64,000 bases of DNA from IMG/VR virus record IMGVR_UViG_3300029305_012016; one strand, written 5' to 3'. This DNA is from an uncultured virus (IMG/VR IMGVR_UViG_3300029305_012016) (Duplodnaviria > Heunggongvirae > Uroviricota > Caudoviricetes). The position numbers and the translations under genes are program-made. Below are positions 36,316 to 46,040 of the stretch, one piece after another. Position 1 is the stretch's first letter. Every line of letters begins with the position of its first letter. Under the pieces are notes generated by a model. The model was not told where the DNA came from. It did no database searches and saw only the letters and a program-made list of their open reading frames with translations.

Positions 36316-37356
36316 TTAATTCGAGTTGCCCGTAGGTGGCGTGTATTCTCCGGTGTTCGGATCGAATCCGGGAATAACTTCTTCGTTCAAAACGGTGGAG
36401 GGAAAACGATTGATTTCAGTGGGCCCTTCTTTCTTCGTAGAAACCAATTCGCCGTCAATATCAAAGATGCGAGTAACTTTCATCTCATAGACTACAACCC
36501 AGCCATCGACGGTGTCGGTATAAGTAAAGGTTTCGGTCTCAGAATAACCTTCCTTTTCTCCTTCACTGCCTGTGATAATGTTTACCACCATGTTGCTGCC
36601 GGAGGAGCTTCCGCTGTTGGTGGTGCCAACGGAAGGCTGCTGTGCAGAAGGAAGGTTCAGCCCGTTGCTGCCGGAGATAATTTCATTTCCTTGGGGCACA
36701 TCTTCGGTAGACAAGAAGGGATTGTCAATTTCCCTCCAAGCAACATTACCGGCATCATCGGTATATCTTTGCATGTAGGCAATGAGTACGCCAAACTCGT
36801 TGTAGACCGCGTAAATATCATTACCCAATGCCATATAGTTGTCGGGAATAGTGTCGGTTTTCGGAGCGATATCCTCAATAGGGTTTCCGTTTTCGTCAAC
36901 TTCAGTGAAGAAGAATGTATCGTCAGCGTTTCGTGTGTACTTCATATATTTCACGCTGCCATCTTCTGCGACGACTTTATATACATTTTCAAGACCTTCA
37001 ACGGGAATATAATCTTCCGGGATGTGAGGATCGACATCCTTCCAAATCCATGATCCGTCTTCGGCTTTTTCCCTGTGTCGATACTTAATGACTCCGCCAT
37101 CTTTATCGACAACCATGTAGAGCTCGTCTTCCCCAATGACGGGGATGTAGTTTGCGGGGATCTCAGGGTCAAGAACCCATTCCGGGTCAACCTCAGGTTT
37201 ATTGTTGTTTGTCTGCATTTGCGTTGACTCCTCCCACCATCGGGAGCCCCCACTGCCTTCAGCTTTAACATCAAGCGAGCTCAGCTTAATGACCCAAATT
37301 GCAATAAAGGTAGAGAGAAGAAGTCCGATAATAATAAAAGATGAAAATTTCTTCAT
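36316..37356 (-). CDS. Membrane-anchored protein with three ~50-aa repeats
   Basis: N-terminal TM; IP.NY..V.G...LY.VV..DG.V.Y x3. Confidence 0.75.
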   Translation of the reverse strand: MKKFSSFIIIGLLLSTFIAIWVIKLSSLDVKAEGSGGSRWWEESTQMQTNNNKPEVDPEWVLDPEIPANYIPVIGEDELYMVVDKDGGVIKYRHREKAEDGSWIWKDVDPHIPEDYIPVEGLENVYKVVAEDGSVKYMKYTRNADDTFFFTEVDENGNPIEDIAPKTDTIPDNYMALGNDIYAVYNEFGVLIAYMQRYTDDAGNVAWREIDNPFLSTEDVPQGNEIISGSNGLNLPSAQQPSVGTTNSGSSSGSNMVVNIITGSEGEKEGYSETETFTYTDTVDGWVVVYEMKVTRIFDIDGELVSTKKEGPTEINRFPSTVLNEEVIPGFDPNTGEYTPPTGNSN

Positions 37357-37390
37357 TTGTCACACTCCTTTTGCGGTATTCCTATGATAT

Positions 37391-37404
37391 ATTATATAAG
37401 AAAA
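37391..37404 (-). promoter_or_regulatory. Element-specific promoter motif copy
   Basis: minus TTTTCTTATATAAT. Confidence 0.75.
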
Positions 37405-37447
37405 TGACAAAAAAATGAAACTTGTCGGAAATTCATGGCTAAATAAC

Positions 37448-37476
37448 AAAGAAGCCGCCCCCAAGGGAGCGGCTTC
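37448..37476 (-). terminator. Intrinsic terminator
   Basis: GAAGCCGC/GCGGCTTC stem + T-run on minus. Confidence 0.7.
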
Positions 37477-37527
37477 GCTACATATTTGTAGTTAATTAGC
37501 TACAAAGCTGTAGCTACTATAGAGCTT

Positions 37528-37866
37528 TTAGTTAATTCTTGCAATACTTCCTCTCGGACACTGACCGCAATACTGCCACAGGGGGCCAAGTCTTATGAAG
37601 GTAGTGTATGTCGGTTCAAAGGGACGAGCCTCAATAACCTTCGGTAAGACTTGCACAAGAGATCCCTGTTGGATATCCGGCTCAAGCTTTCGATATGCAT
37701 CCACAACACTGTAATGCACGAAGCTGCCGGGAGCTGGCAGTGGGGGAGGGAAAGTGTATACAGTTTCTTTTTTTTGAATCGTATCAAGCGATTCGGGGGG
37801 ACAGTTGCAGATTTCGCCATAGTCCAAGGCAGATCCGCATCTCTCGCAAATTTTATATTTTGCCAT
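37528..37866 (-). CDS. Hypothetical protein with N-terminal zinc ribbon
   Basis: CERCG..LD.GE.C.C; GGAGG RBS. Confidence 0.7.
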   Translation of the reverse strand: MAKYKICERCGSALDYGEICNCPPESLDTIQKKETVYTFPPPLPAPGSFVHYSVVDAYRKLEPDIQQGSLVQVLPKVIEARPFEPTYTTFIRLGPLWQYCGQCPRGSIARIN

Positions 37867-37936
37867 AAAGCATCCTCCATTCTGTTCTACTGTCAAAATT
37901 CCTTGCTTGCTTTCGGCTTAAACTTGAACGAATTGG

Positions 37937-39226
37937 TTAAAAACAGATATTCAATTTTTCGGGATACAAAGATACAGTGCAATCGTTGCAATTGACATTT
38001 ATAGGCATATCCTTTGGTAAAACCTCCAGATAATCGATCATCTCGCTTACGGTACGCATAACATTTTCCGTAGAGGGATAAAGAAGATCGCTAAGACAAC
38101 ATTCTTCCTGTGGATTGTATGCTTTTACCGCAAAACTAACAGATTGGCAGTATGTGCGGCAATCGCAAGACCTCGTTTCAAGACACATCAAAAGATCCTC
38201 AACGGTGCGAATATAAATAACATCCTCAGGCTCTTCAACGTCAGAGAACACACCGGCTCTTGCCTTTGCTTTCGCGAGAAGGGAGTGGATGGACCATCCG
38301 CAGACGGCAACCAAAAGCCCATTCAAATCCTTTTCGAGAATAGCTTTCAAAAGGTAATATCCTTTCTTACGATAGGTTTCATCGTCAGTTTGGATCTCCT
38401 CTTCAAAAACTTCTGCGAGAAGTATGCAGAGCTCGTCATTATTCATCGCCGCAACGAGATCGCTATCGGGAACCTTCTCATAAAGAGAGGGGAGGGAACT
38501 TGTGGTAAGACCGGCATTACATCTGTTGTCCGTATTTGTCTGTCCTTCCGCAATCTTCTTGAGAGAATCATCAATTCCTCTTAGTGTCTCAATTAAATCA
38601 GGGAGCTGCTTGTTATAACGGCACTGTGACTTTACTGAATCATTGACGACAGAAGTCTTTTTAATCAAATCAGGAGTCTTTACTCCAGCAGCTTGCAAAA
38701 TGCCGATTACATACTCCTGAATGTCCTTTGCGATATCAAAGGATACATCAGTTTCATCTCCACTTTCCGGAATTAGTTCAACTCCGAGCAAATTACAGTA
38801 TTCCCGGAACAGCTCCCAACAGTGCTGTTCTGCTTCGTCAAAAAAGCCGAGTCGAGAGCAGTCAACGGCGACTTCAGGAATCTTAATGGCGTGCTCGTCT
38901 CCAATAGGGACGATGTGTGACGAAAGCCCATTGTCACCTTGCGAAGTGGTAAGGCGGATCGTGAAGATAGAGGGATTCTCCGGGGGAACATCAGAGCCTC
39001 TGTGCTTGGCGCTGGGGTCAAAGTTGCAACAATGCCCTTCACACACAGGGGCGCAGTTTTGGTTCGTGTCGTCTCGGTGCATGCATTCATCACACAGCAT
39101 CATCACGTTTCCGCAAACAGGACAAAACGCGGTAAGGCCATGCTCTTTGTAATTCCACATAAATTCATTCTCTTCACCGCAGTGGGGACAGACCTCGACG
39201 ACAGAAATTTTTTCATTCATAAGCAT
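37937..39226 (-). CDS. Composite hypothetical protein with Cys-rich N-terminus
   Basis: CPHC..CPVC..CDEC..; 429-aa ORF with RBS. Confidence 0.7.
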   Translation of the reverse strand: MLMNEKISVVEVCPHCGEENEFMWNYKEHGLTAFCPVCGNVMMLCDECMHRDDTNQNCAPVCEGHCCNFDPSAKHRGSDVPPENPSIFTIRLTTSQGDNGLSSHIVPIGDEHAIKIPEVAVDCSRLGFFDEAEQHCWELFREYCNLLGVELIPESGDETDVSFDIAKDIQEYVIGILQAAGVKTPDLIKKTSVVNDSVKSQCRYNKQLPDLIETLRGIDDSLKKIAEGQTNTDNRCNAGLTTSSLPSLYEKVPDSDLVAAMNNDELCILLAEVFEEEIQTDDETYRKKGYYLLKAILEKDLNGLLVAVCGWSIHSLLAKAKARAGVFSDVEEPEDVIYIRTVEDLLMCLETRSCDCRTYCQSVSFAVKAYNPQEECCLSDLLYPSTENVMRTVSEMIDYLEVLPKDMPINVNCNDCTVSLYPEKLNICF

Positions 39227-39297
39227 CTTTCTCCTTAATATTTATTTGGCTCTATAAGTTAAAAAACCCCAAATATCACTTATATCACCATATTATT

Positions 39298-39311
39298 ATT
39301 TTATAAGAAAA
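39298..39311 (-). promoter_or_regulatory. Element-specific promoter motif copy
   Basis: minus TTTTTATC-N8-TTTTCTTATAAAAT. Confidence 0.75.
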
Positions 39312-39322
39312 TGAATGCAGAT

Positions 39323-39358
39323 AAAAAACAACCGATCTCCAAAAGCGGAGACCGGTTG
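39323..39358 (-). terminator. Terminator after yoeB
   Basis: CAACCG.TCTCC/GGAGA.CGGTTG stem + T-run on minus. Confidence 0.7.
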
Positions 39359-39380
39359 CAACCGTATTTAGATTTTTGGC

Positions 39381-39644
39381 TTAGCGTTCATAGTGAGTCC
39401 ATAGACTGAGTATTTTGATTGTCTTAGTCTCTTCAAAAACCTCATATACAAGACGATGCTGCACGTTGATTCGTCTTGAATAAAGACCATCAAGGTCGCC
39501 TATGAGTTTCTCATATGTTGGCGGCGTCTTGTAAGGGTTCTCTCGAATCAGCTCAATCAAAGCTTTCGCCTTTTTGTCCAAATGTGCGCCTTGTAGCTTT
39601 GGGATGTCCTTTATAGCAGTTTTGGTGTAGAATATTTCATACAT
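39381..39644 (-). CDS. yoeB: Txe/YoeB family toxin
   Basis: P.YEKL.GDL.G.YSRRIN.QHRLVY...W.HY. Confidence 0.93.
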   Translation of the reverse strand: MYEIFYTKTAIKDIPKLQGAHLDKKAKALIELIRENPYKTPPTYEKLIGDLDGLYSRRINVQHRLVYEVFEETKTIKILSLWTHYER

Positions 39645-39893
39645 CTACCATATGACCTCCTCTTCAGGCACACAGTCGGCCAGCGGGGTGTTCTTTCCGG
39701 CAATCAGTTTCTCCTTCATTACGGGATTCGAGGATAACAAAAGAGTTTCAATCATACTCCTGTAATCCTCTTCGCTTAGGACAACTGCATTGCCATCCTT
39801 CGTACTGATGTTAATGGGCTCATTGTAGCGAATAGTTTGCTCCAACAAAGCAAAGATATTTTTGCGAAACGCTGTTATATTAGTGTTCAACAT
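39645..39893 (-). CDS. yefM: Phd/YefM family antitoxin
   Basis: T.FRKN...L......EP..I....GNAVVLSEEDY....ETL.L. Confidence 0.9.
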   Translation of the reverse strand: MLNTNITAFRKNIFALLEQTIRYNEPINISTKDGNAVVLSEEDYRSMIETLLLSSNPVMKEKLIAGKNTPLADCVPEEEVIW

Positions 39894-39910
39894 TTTTACA
39901 CACCTCCCAC

Positions 39911-39945
39911 ATGTACATTATAGCGTACATTTTTGAAAAAGTCAA
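39911..39945 (-). promoter_or_regulatory. Canonical sigmaA promoter with TGTAC operator palindromes (yefM-yoeB)
   Basis: TTGACT-17 bp-TATAAT overlapped by ATGTAC...GTACAT. Confidence 0.8.
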
Positions 39946-40015
39946 GAATAGAATACATACCAAGATAGGAAAACGTGCTTCTCTTCTCAGTAAAGCATTC
40001 TACTCTATCTTCTCT

Positions 40016-40555
40016 TCAACCGTTTGATTTGCGATAGTAGCGAATCTCCAAGGCAACGATTTGATCTTCCTCGTTAATCTTCGCGAAGACGGGACAAGTT
40101 CCATCGCCGTCTCTTGTGCTTCCAAAGAAGCCTTCATTGCAAAGGAGAAAGTTTCCGGCATAGCGAGGAGGGTCGATGATCGGAAAATCTGCTTCCCCAT
40201 GAAGTCTGTCCATCAGCTCAGACCACTCTTCTCGGCTGTAATTTGGCTTATCCATGAAGATGCCTGCATTGCCGGAATCAACACCGATATATCCCACACG
40301 CTTCATTTCGAGAGGAGCGAAAAGAGGAATATCAACGTGATAAATGCCAACAGCGTATACAGAACGGTCTACTACAATCCGATTGGAGTGGGGACGATGA
40401 TGCTGTTCGTCATTTCTCCAGACAACACAGTTGTAGCTACCGGAAAGGACATGCCTCCTCGGAGTGTAGCCATTGCCCTTTTGGTAGCAGGGGTCTGTTA
40501 CTTCTACTCTTCCGGAAAACTCTTTCTGGCCTATGATTTGAGGCACTAAATTCAT
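40016..40555 (-). CDS. Hypothetical protein (DUF4241-like motifs)
   Basis: VTDPCY, IGVDSG.AG, GDG..PV. Confidence 0.65.
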   Translation of the reverse strand: MNLVPQIIGQKEFSGRVEVTDPCYQKGNGYTPRRHVLSGSYNCVVWRNDEQHHRPHSNRIVVDRSVYAVGIYHVDIPLFAPLEMKRVGYIGVDSGNAGIFMDKPNYSREEWSELMDRLHGEADFPIIDPPRYAGNFLLCNEGFFGSTRDGDGTCPVFAKINEEDQIVALEIRYYRKSNG

Positions 40556-40571
40556 ATTTACATCTCCTTCT

Positions 40572-40940
40572 TTAGAATTCATATTCTTTGCAAAAAATGT
40601 TGTGATTACGAAGCCATTCTGCCACTAAATGACGATGGCAAAAATTACCGGGCTTCTCATAACATACTAACGCGATGTGGTATGTGGGATCCGGACGATA
40701 CGCTTCCAGGAATTTAACAAGATTATGCGGGTCATACCCCCACAACACCTCGTTATAGTAGTGTCTTATGTAGTAGTCGTTGTCGTGGGTTTGCTTCCAC
40801 TTTGAAAAGAATCCGTATTTCGGGGCAAGCCCTTTGAATTGTATCCCTTTATACCAATCCGGGGCTTTTGCACAGATGGAGATCGGGATCACATTTTGGG
40901 GTAAACACGAGAGCTTAGCAAAATATGTCGTGTAAATCAT
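40572..40940 (-). CDS. DUF488-like protein
   Basis: IYT.YFA, LAP, L.CYEKP..FCHRHLVA.WL. Confidence 0.8.
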   Translation of the reverse strand: MIYTTYFAKLSCLPQNVIPISICAKAPDWYKGIQFKGLAPKYGFFSKWKQTHDNDYYIRHYYNEVLWGYDPHNLVKFLEAYRPDPTYHIALVCYEKPGNFCHRHLVAEWLRNHNIFCKEYEF

Positions 40941-41296
40941 TTTTCCTCAACCTCCTTGTTCTCTCTTGTGAATTCTTTGTATTGATCACAATACTTTGAT
41001 GCTGAGCACCGGTTGCATTCGTTCGGATCGAAGTAGTCACAGGTGAAATTGCAATTCTTGACGAGAACAACCCGATCCTTAGGGTCTTCCCAGTCAAGAT
41101 ATCGCATTCCTTTCTTATAATACTTATCCGCAGACTTCATCCTGGTCGCTTCAATCTCTGTAAAACGAGCATCTTCGCAGCAATCAGTATGCATCGCTAT
41201 AACTTTAGCTTTGCCTCGTGTCTCTGCAAATATAACTGTTGCGCAGAACTCTCCTTTTTCACGAACGAGCCAAGCTTTCATCGAGGTTCTCTTCAT
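40937..41296 (-). CDS. Hypothetical protein, Cys-rich C-terminus
   Basis: coupled ORF; VIFAETRGKAK. Confidence 0.65.
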   Translation of the reverse strand: MKRTSMKAWLVREKGEFCATVIFAETRGKAKVIAMHTDCCEDARFTEIEATRMKSADKYYKKGMRYLDWEDPKDRVVLVKNCNFTCDYFDPNECNRCSASKYCDQYKEFTRENKEVEEK

Positions 41297-42102
41297 AACG
41301 CATCGACAATAGCCTCTTGACTTTCGACAAATAGGCTGAGTTGGGCGAGAACATCACGAAGATGATTCGTTCTGGCGTGGAACTCACTGGAGAGAAACTC
41401 TATTGAGTTCTTATCACACAGATGAAAAGATTCCGGGTCAAGGATTTCCCAGTTTATCTTGTCCACCTCATTGTAAGAAAGAGATAGTATACCTTCCTGC
41501 ACAAGCACAAGGAAACAGCCAGAATAGCAATCGTCCGGGAACGGATAATGCCAATACAGGCTATTTCCGTAGCTTTCTACATATGCCTCTTCACAAATGT
41601 CAGAAAGAGCTTCCCAATTGCATCCTGCGGCAATGAGCTTGCTTGTAAGCTCGTTTTTCGTCATAAGCTTGCGAAGGTCTACGGATTTGCCGTCCACAAA
41701 TATCATCTTTGTGGCAGCATCGGAAAAACGAGGGGCGCCATCCCATTGACCGGTGATCCATATTGCGTCATCCGAAACGAATAGGTGGTGCCATTCGTCG
41801 ATAACGACGCGCTTGAGTAAGGCAGTACATAATGACATACCAAGGCTCTTGCTTCCGTCGGAGTCAGAAGGCACGTTCTCTTCAAACATATCCTTGTCTC
41901 CATTCAGATATTTGACCAGGGCAACAATTTCATTGTTGTCAAACTGCCGATCAGTTGCACGAAGCCCCCAGTAAGACTCTTCTGCATCGGCAGTGGCAAC
42001 GCAAGTAACAGTTCTGCCGAGGATTTCTGTCAGAAAACCACTCAAACACTGCCCAACCTGAGGCAGCTCCAGCTTGACAGTTCGAAAACTTTCGAAATTC
42101 AT
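41293..42102 (-). CDS. Hypothetical protein
   Basis: AAGGAGG RBS before MNFESF. Confidence 0.7.
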   Translation of the reverse strand: MNFESFRTVKLELPQVGQCLSGFLTEILGRTVTCVATADAEESYWGLRATDRQFDNNEIVALVKYLNGDKDMFEENVPSDSDGSKSLGMSLCTALLKRVVIDEWHHLFVSDDAIWITGQWDGAPRFSDAATKMIFVDGKSVDLRKLMTKNELTSKLIAAGCNWEALSDICEEAYVESYGNSLYWHYPFPDDCYSGCFLVLVQEGILSLSYNEVDKINWEILDPESFHLCDKNSIEFLSSEFHARTNHLRDVLAQLSLFVESQEAIVDAL

Positions 42103-42145
42103 ATTCAAATTTTCCTCCTTGTTTATTAAATAGATATATACGATT

Positions 42146-42376
42146 TTACAACAGGGGTACTTCTTCTTCATAATCCTCGCTATGGGGATTATTCCAGATT
42201 AGAGCACGTAAAGCTCCTTCGGGCGGACACTCCACCAATACCCTCGGACGAGAAAGCCGTTCCCCGTTATCATCTTCGGAAATGTATTCCACATCGATGC
42301 CGGGGTAATCAGGGTCGGCAGAAACGGTAGCAACGAGATAACCACCCTGCACTTTAACTTTGAGCGTTTCTTTCAT
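42146..42376 (-). CDS. Small hypothetical protein
   Basis: RBS before MKETLK; DPDYPGIDVEY. Confidence 0.6.
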   Translation of the reverse strand: MKETLKVKVQGGYLVATVSADPDYPGIDVEYISEDDNGERLSRPRVLVECPPEGALRALIWNNPHSEDYEEEVPLL

Positions 42377-42396
42377 TACAGATAGCCTTCCTTTCA

Positions 42397-42810
42397 TTAT
42401 GTCTCTTTTGGCGGGAGAGGTAAGCATATCGGAGCCCAATGCGTAACGCAATCTCCCCAGCGCACCCATTTGCCATCGTGAACTCTATCGGTATCGACCT
42501 TGACAGCGTTATACCGGTTGTTTCCCAACCATACAATAACACGCTGGTCTTCTGCCGGTGGATTATCTGCCGAGATCCAAGTTTGTGCCATTACGCCGCG
42601 GGCTTTCTCCTTACTTAATTCGGATACTGCTTTTGCCCACATATCACGCAGCCGTTCATTGTCGGCTTTCAATTCTCGGATATCGTCCGATGTGGCTACG
42701 CCGTTTGCGATCAAGTCCGTTGCCGTGCATGGTGCTGTCAGCAAACCACGCTTTTCATACTGTTCTGCAAAAGAGTTGTTCAGTAATTCCACCAGTTTTT
42801 CCTTGTCCAT
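42397..42810 (-). CDS. DUF551-like phage-type protein
   Basis: WIS....P...VIV ... VTHW.P..LP. Confidence 0.7.
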   Translation of the reverse strand: MDKEKLVELLNNSFAEQYEKRGLLTAPCTATDLIANGVATSDDIRELKADNERLRDMWAKAVSELSKEKARGVMAQTWISADNPPAEDQRVIVWLGNNRYNAVKVDTDRVHDGKWVRWGDCVTHWAPICLPLPPKET

Positions 42811-42812
42811 TG

Positions 42813-43094
42813 TTATATCTCCTCATAGCAATCTTTCAAGTGTTTGTTTCTGCGGCAATAGGAACATTTTCGATGCCGGTTTTTCCATCTACAAGTGTCG
42901 CAACCATCAACTTGGATGTAATCCGCAAAAAACGGAGAATACATTTGACTTTCCAACAGTTGTTGAATGTTCAGCAGAGCCGTATCCATGTGTGGAGAAA
43001 CACGCTGATTCATTCTGGCTTCCTTCAGCCATTCAATTAAGTCGCTAACACTTATATACAGTTTTTCTTTTTCTGCTATCTTCACCCTATCCAC
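42813..43094 (-). CDS. Hypothetical protein with Cys cluster
   Basis: CDTC..CSYCRR...DCY; RBS. Confidence 0.6.
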   Translation of the reverse strand: MDRVKIAEKEKLYISVSDLIEWLKEARMNQRVSPHMDTALLNIQQLLESQMYSPFFADYIQVDGCDTCRWKNRHRKCSYCRRNKHLKDCYEEI

Positions 43095-43103
43095 CTCGCG
43101 AAG

Positions 43104-43424
43104 TCAGAAAATGTTTAAGGTGTCGCAGTTGGAAATATGAGTGCAGTTTTCACCATGCTGGTGTACTTCAGTAAGGGATGTTTCGTGCCCAAAAGCTTTA
43201 TAGGCAGCTTCTTTGGCATTCCCTGCCATGATCAATACTTTCTTCTTACAACGAGAGCACTCGACTAAAAACAATCGGCTTTCGCAGTAGTAGGCTTCAA
43301 GCTCCTGACCGCAGCAGTTACACTTTACTCCTGTATCCTTTGATAAATAGTCGGTGCCGTTACCATTACTGGCAAACAGCTTGTGACACAACTTATCAAA
43401 GGACGTTGCACCTTTTTCGATCAT
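43104..43424 (-). CDS. Hypothetical zinc-ribbon protein
   Basis: CNCC..CSRC; RBS before MIEKG. Confidence 0.55.
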   Translation of the reverse strand: MIEKGATSFDKLCHKLFASNGNGTDYLSKDTGVKCNCCGQELEAYYCESRLFLVECSRCKKKVLIMAGNAKEAAYKAFGHETSLTEVHQHGENCTHISNCDTLNIF

Positions 43425-43425
43425 T

Positions 43426-43719
43426 TTATTTTTTCCTTTCTCCGTAGGAACAGAAATGGTCTTCTCGCACCGCATTTCCACCAACCCGAATGCCGTTGAT
43501 AATCCGTCCACATCTGCCACACATAAGCCTTGATGCTACTCCTTCATATGAGTGCTTGCAATCTTTGCAACGAACCACAAGAACGGCATCAACGGTGGGT
43601 GCCTGATTCAGCATCATAACAATGTTGCTTACTTCCAGGTACGTGGTATGGCATCCGGTAGCAAAAGCAATAATTCTTCGTTTAGCTTCATTGACATCAA
43701 TCAGCCTATTATCAGCCAT
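43426..43719 (-). CDS. Phage-type hypothetical protein
   Basis: RLID...APTVDAV.VVRCKDCK...FCSYGER pattern common in Bacillota phages. Confidence 0.7.
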   Translation of the reverse strand: MADNRLIDVNEAKRRIIAFATGCHTTYLEVSNIVMMLNQAPTVDAVLVVRCKDCKHSYEGVASRLMCGRCGRIINGIRVGGNAVREDHFCSYGERKK

Positions 43720-44165
43720 TATCTGCACCCCCCGTTCAGCAGCTCGGGATTATCGTGAATATTACCGACAACTTCCATGTCCGCCATGTCTACAGGGTAA
43801 GGTTGTACGCCATTTCTATCCACAAGAAGAAACCGGGCTGATTTATTCTTCCATATTACATAGAATAGCTCTGGTGTAAGATTTTTTCTGCGAAGGAGCA
43901 CGACATCTCCCTCAAAGATCTTTTTGCATTTTTTGTCGGTTCGTCCAACGAACTGCGCTACGGTTTTGGGGTCTACTTCATACCAAGTCATATTGGACTT
44001 CAGGACAGTCGGTCTTCCGTCAATACAGCTTGTGTCAAACTCCTGTTTAAGAATAAACGAAGACATTATACCAAGAAGGGGATTGGCTTTCATCACAAGA
44101 AAGCCTTCGACCCATTCGCCGGTTCCTTTTCGCTTTCCACGGAACAAAATTTCGCGAATCAACAT
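43719..44165 (-). CDS. YopX family protein
   Basis: REILFRGK...WVEG, TV.QF.G.TDK..KKIFEGD, EVVGNIHDNPELL. Confidence 0.9.
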   Translation of the reverse strand: MLIREILFRGKRKGTGEWVEGFLVMKANPLLGIMSSFILKQEFDTSCIDGRPTVLKSNMTWYEVDPKTVAQFVGRTDKKCKKIFEGDVVLLRRKNLTPELFYVIWKNKSARFLLVDRNGVQPYPVDMADMEVVGNIHDNPELLNGGCR

Positions 44166-44207
44166 ATCGCATTCCTTCCTTTCGCATTTATAAGAAAGTG
44201 TTATATT

Positions 44208-44426
44208 TCAAACAAAAAGAAAGGCTTTTCGGCGGTTGAAAATAAGACGATTTTCGACCTCCATATTTTCCACTTTTCGTTTATATAAGATCATATCAAC
44301 ATCCGTGGCTATCCAGCCATTAACAGGTCCGCTGTATATAACCTTGTTTTCAGATAACTGAATTATTGTTAACTCCTCAAGATTATATTTTTGTAGCAAC
44401 CCTCGTACAACATTCTTTACTCGCAT
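44208..44426 (-). CDS. Small hypothetical protein
   Basis: AGGAG RBS before MRVKN. Confidence 0.5.
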   Translation of the reverse strand: MRVKNVVRGLLQKYNLEELTIIQLSENKVIYSGPVNGWIATDVDMILYKRKVENMEVENRLIFNRRKAFLFV

Positions 44427-44517
44427 ATAACAGACTCCTAACGGGAGGGGCAACAGGTGCCCCTCCATGTTCTTTGGTTCCAGATAAAAATTTTTGCGGT
44501 GAAGCAAGAGCCGATTA

Positions 44518-44973
44518 TCAGTCGTTCGGGTTAACACACTCGACGCTATAGTCGATGGAGAGCCCCGGGAAAGCCTTAGCCAGAGTTTCGCCTACATAGC
44601 TCATTGCTCTTTCGTAAGCGTTCCCTTCGCTAAATGCACCAAACTTAATGGTCCCACCTGCACACGGAGCTCCGCAAAGGCTGACCTCGTATTCATACTC
44701 CTTATAGTTCAATGCGGAGGTTTTGAAAGGACAATCCTTACTCTTGCATTCGTCCGTCATGTAACAGGGGGAATCATCGGAATGGAAGGGGTGGCAGGGA
44801 TCATATTTTTCCGCAAGAAGTGCTTCAACTGCACAGGTTACTTCTCCGATGATTTCCATACTCCACTCAATCTCTCCTCCATTCCCCTTGTTTTGAAGGG
44901 CGTTAATGAGATCAAACGCCGCATTATCAATTTCGTCGTTCTTCTGAACGAGATAGTTTTCAAAGTCTTTCAT
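44518..44973 (-). CDS. Hypothetical protein
   Basis: 151 aa, AGGAGG RBS. Confidence 0.7.
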   Translation of the reverse strand: MKDFENYLVQKNDEIDNAAFDLINALQNKGNGGEIEWSMEIIGEVTCAVEALLAEKYDPCHPFHSDDSPCYMTDECKSKDCPFKTSALNYKEYEYEVSLCGAPCAGGTIKFGAFSEGNAYERAMSYVGETLAKAFPGLSIDYSVECVNPND

Positions 44974-44987
44974 TTTGTCCTCCTGCT

Positions 44988-46040
44988 TTAAGCAACTTTG
45001 TAGCTTAGTTTATATCCTTTATCACAAGGCAAGTATTGGTCGGGATGCTCATAAATTGTGGCCCGAATTCTCGCCTTAAAATTAGCGTTCTTTTTCGCTT
45101 TAGGATGTTCGGTGAGCTTGATGTAGAGAGTCTGCAAATCAGCCTTGCCACCGAGGGATTCCATGGTACTGCGAATAAGATGATGCCAGGTGATAGATGG
45201 ATCGTCTTGCTTCGTAACATCAAAGATCCCGGTCATTGTTTTCGCAAACTGGAAAACCAACGGATCTTTTTTCTGAAAAAGCAAAAGGTATTCCGTTACG
45301 ATAGGAATGAAGGGCTTTGTATATGTCCGGTTGTCGGATACGCAGTTGTACTGCCCCTTCACAATGAATGACTCGAAGTCTCCGAGCTTCATCATATCGG
45401 ACTGCATACTATAGAATTGGCCCTTCAATCTCATATCTCCCACAAGTACAGCGAGGCGGCCATCCTTACGGAGAGCAGCATACAGCTTTTTGAGAACGAA
45501 GTTCATCTTATCAATGAATTCTTTCCAACTGCTGCATCTGGACAAATCATCAGGATGTGGGTTGCCCCACACACTACCGGAGTAGGTAATCATGCTGTGG
45601 TACGGAGGATGGAAGAAAATTAAGTCGGCGGATTCGTCAACATCATTCTTCAGTGCATTCCAACCACATTTACCATGGGGAGCGTTCGGGTTGAGGTCGT
45701 ACAGAACGGATCTGACGCCGAGCTTATCTGCTGCAAATTTTGAGGTCCCGCTGCCGGACATGGGGTCAAGCAGAGTGAAGTCCGAAATGTCTTTTCCGTA
45801 GTATCGCTTGGAATCAAGCACATACTTGGCAACGGCCTCAACGACCTTCGGGGAACAATTGCCTCGCCAAGAGCTTTTGCCACCGTCGCCCCTTTCTGGG
45901 AAGGCAACGAAGCTGGTCAGTTCTTTGCCCACTCGACGGCGCAGATCTTCCGTTCCGAGAGTCTGAACAATAGCTTGCCAGTTTGAGCCAAATTCTGCTT
46001 CGAGGAGCCGGATCGCTCTGAGGCGTTCTTCGTTATTCAT
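44988..46040 (-). CDS. Orphan DNA amino-methyltransferase (HPPY variant)
   Basis: WRGN, LDPMSGSGT (SAM binding), FFHPPY (catalytic); C-terminal HTH-like segment. Confidence 0.85.
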   Translation of the reverse strand: MNNEERLRAIRLLEAEFGSNWQAIVQTLGTEDLRRRVGKELTSFVAFPERGDGGKSSWRGNCSPKVVEAVAKYVLDSKRYYGKDISDFTLLDPMSGSGTSKFAADKLGVRSVLYDLNPNAPHGKCGWNALKNDVDESADLIFFHPPYHSMITYSGSVWGNPHPDDLSRCSSWKEFIDKMNFVLKKLYAALRKDGRLAVLVGDMRLKGQFYSMQSDMMKLGDFESFIVKGQYNCVSDNRTYTKPFIPIVTEYLLLFQKKDPLVFQFAKTMTGIFDVTKQDDPSITWHHLIRSTMESLGGKADLQTLYIKLTEHPKAKKNANFKARIRATIYEHPDQYLPCDKGYKLSYKVA

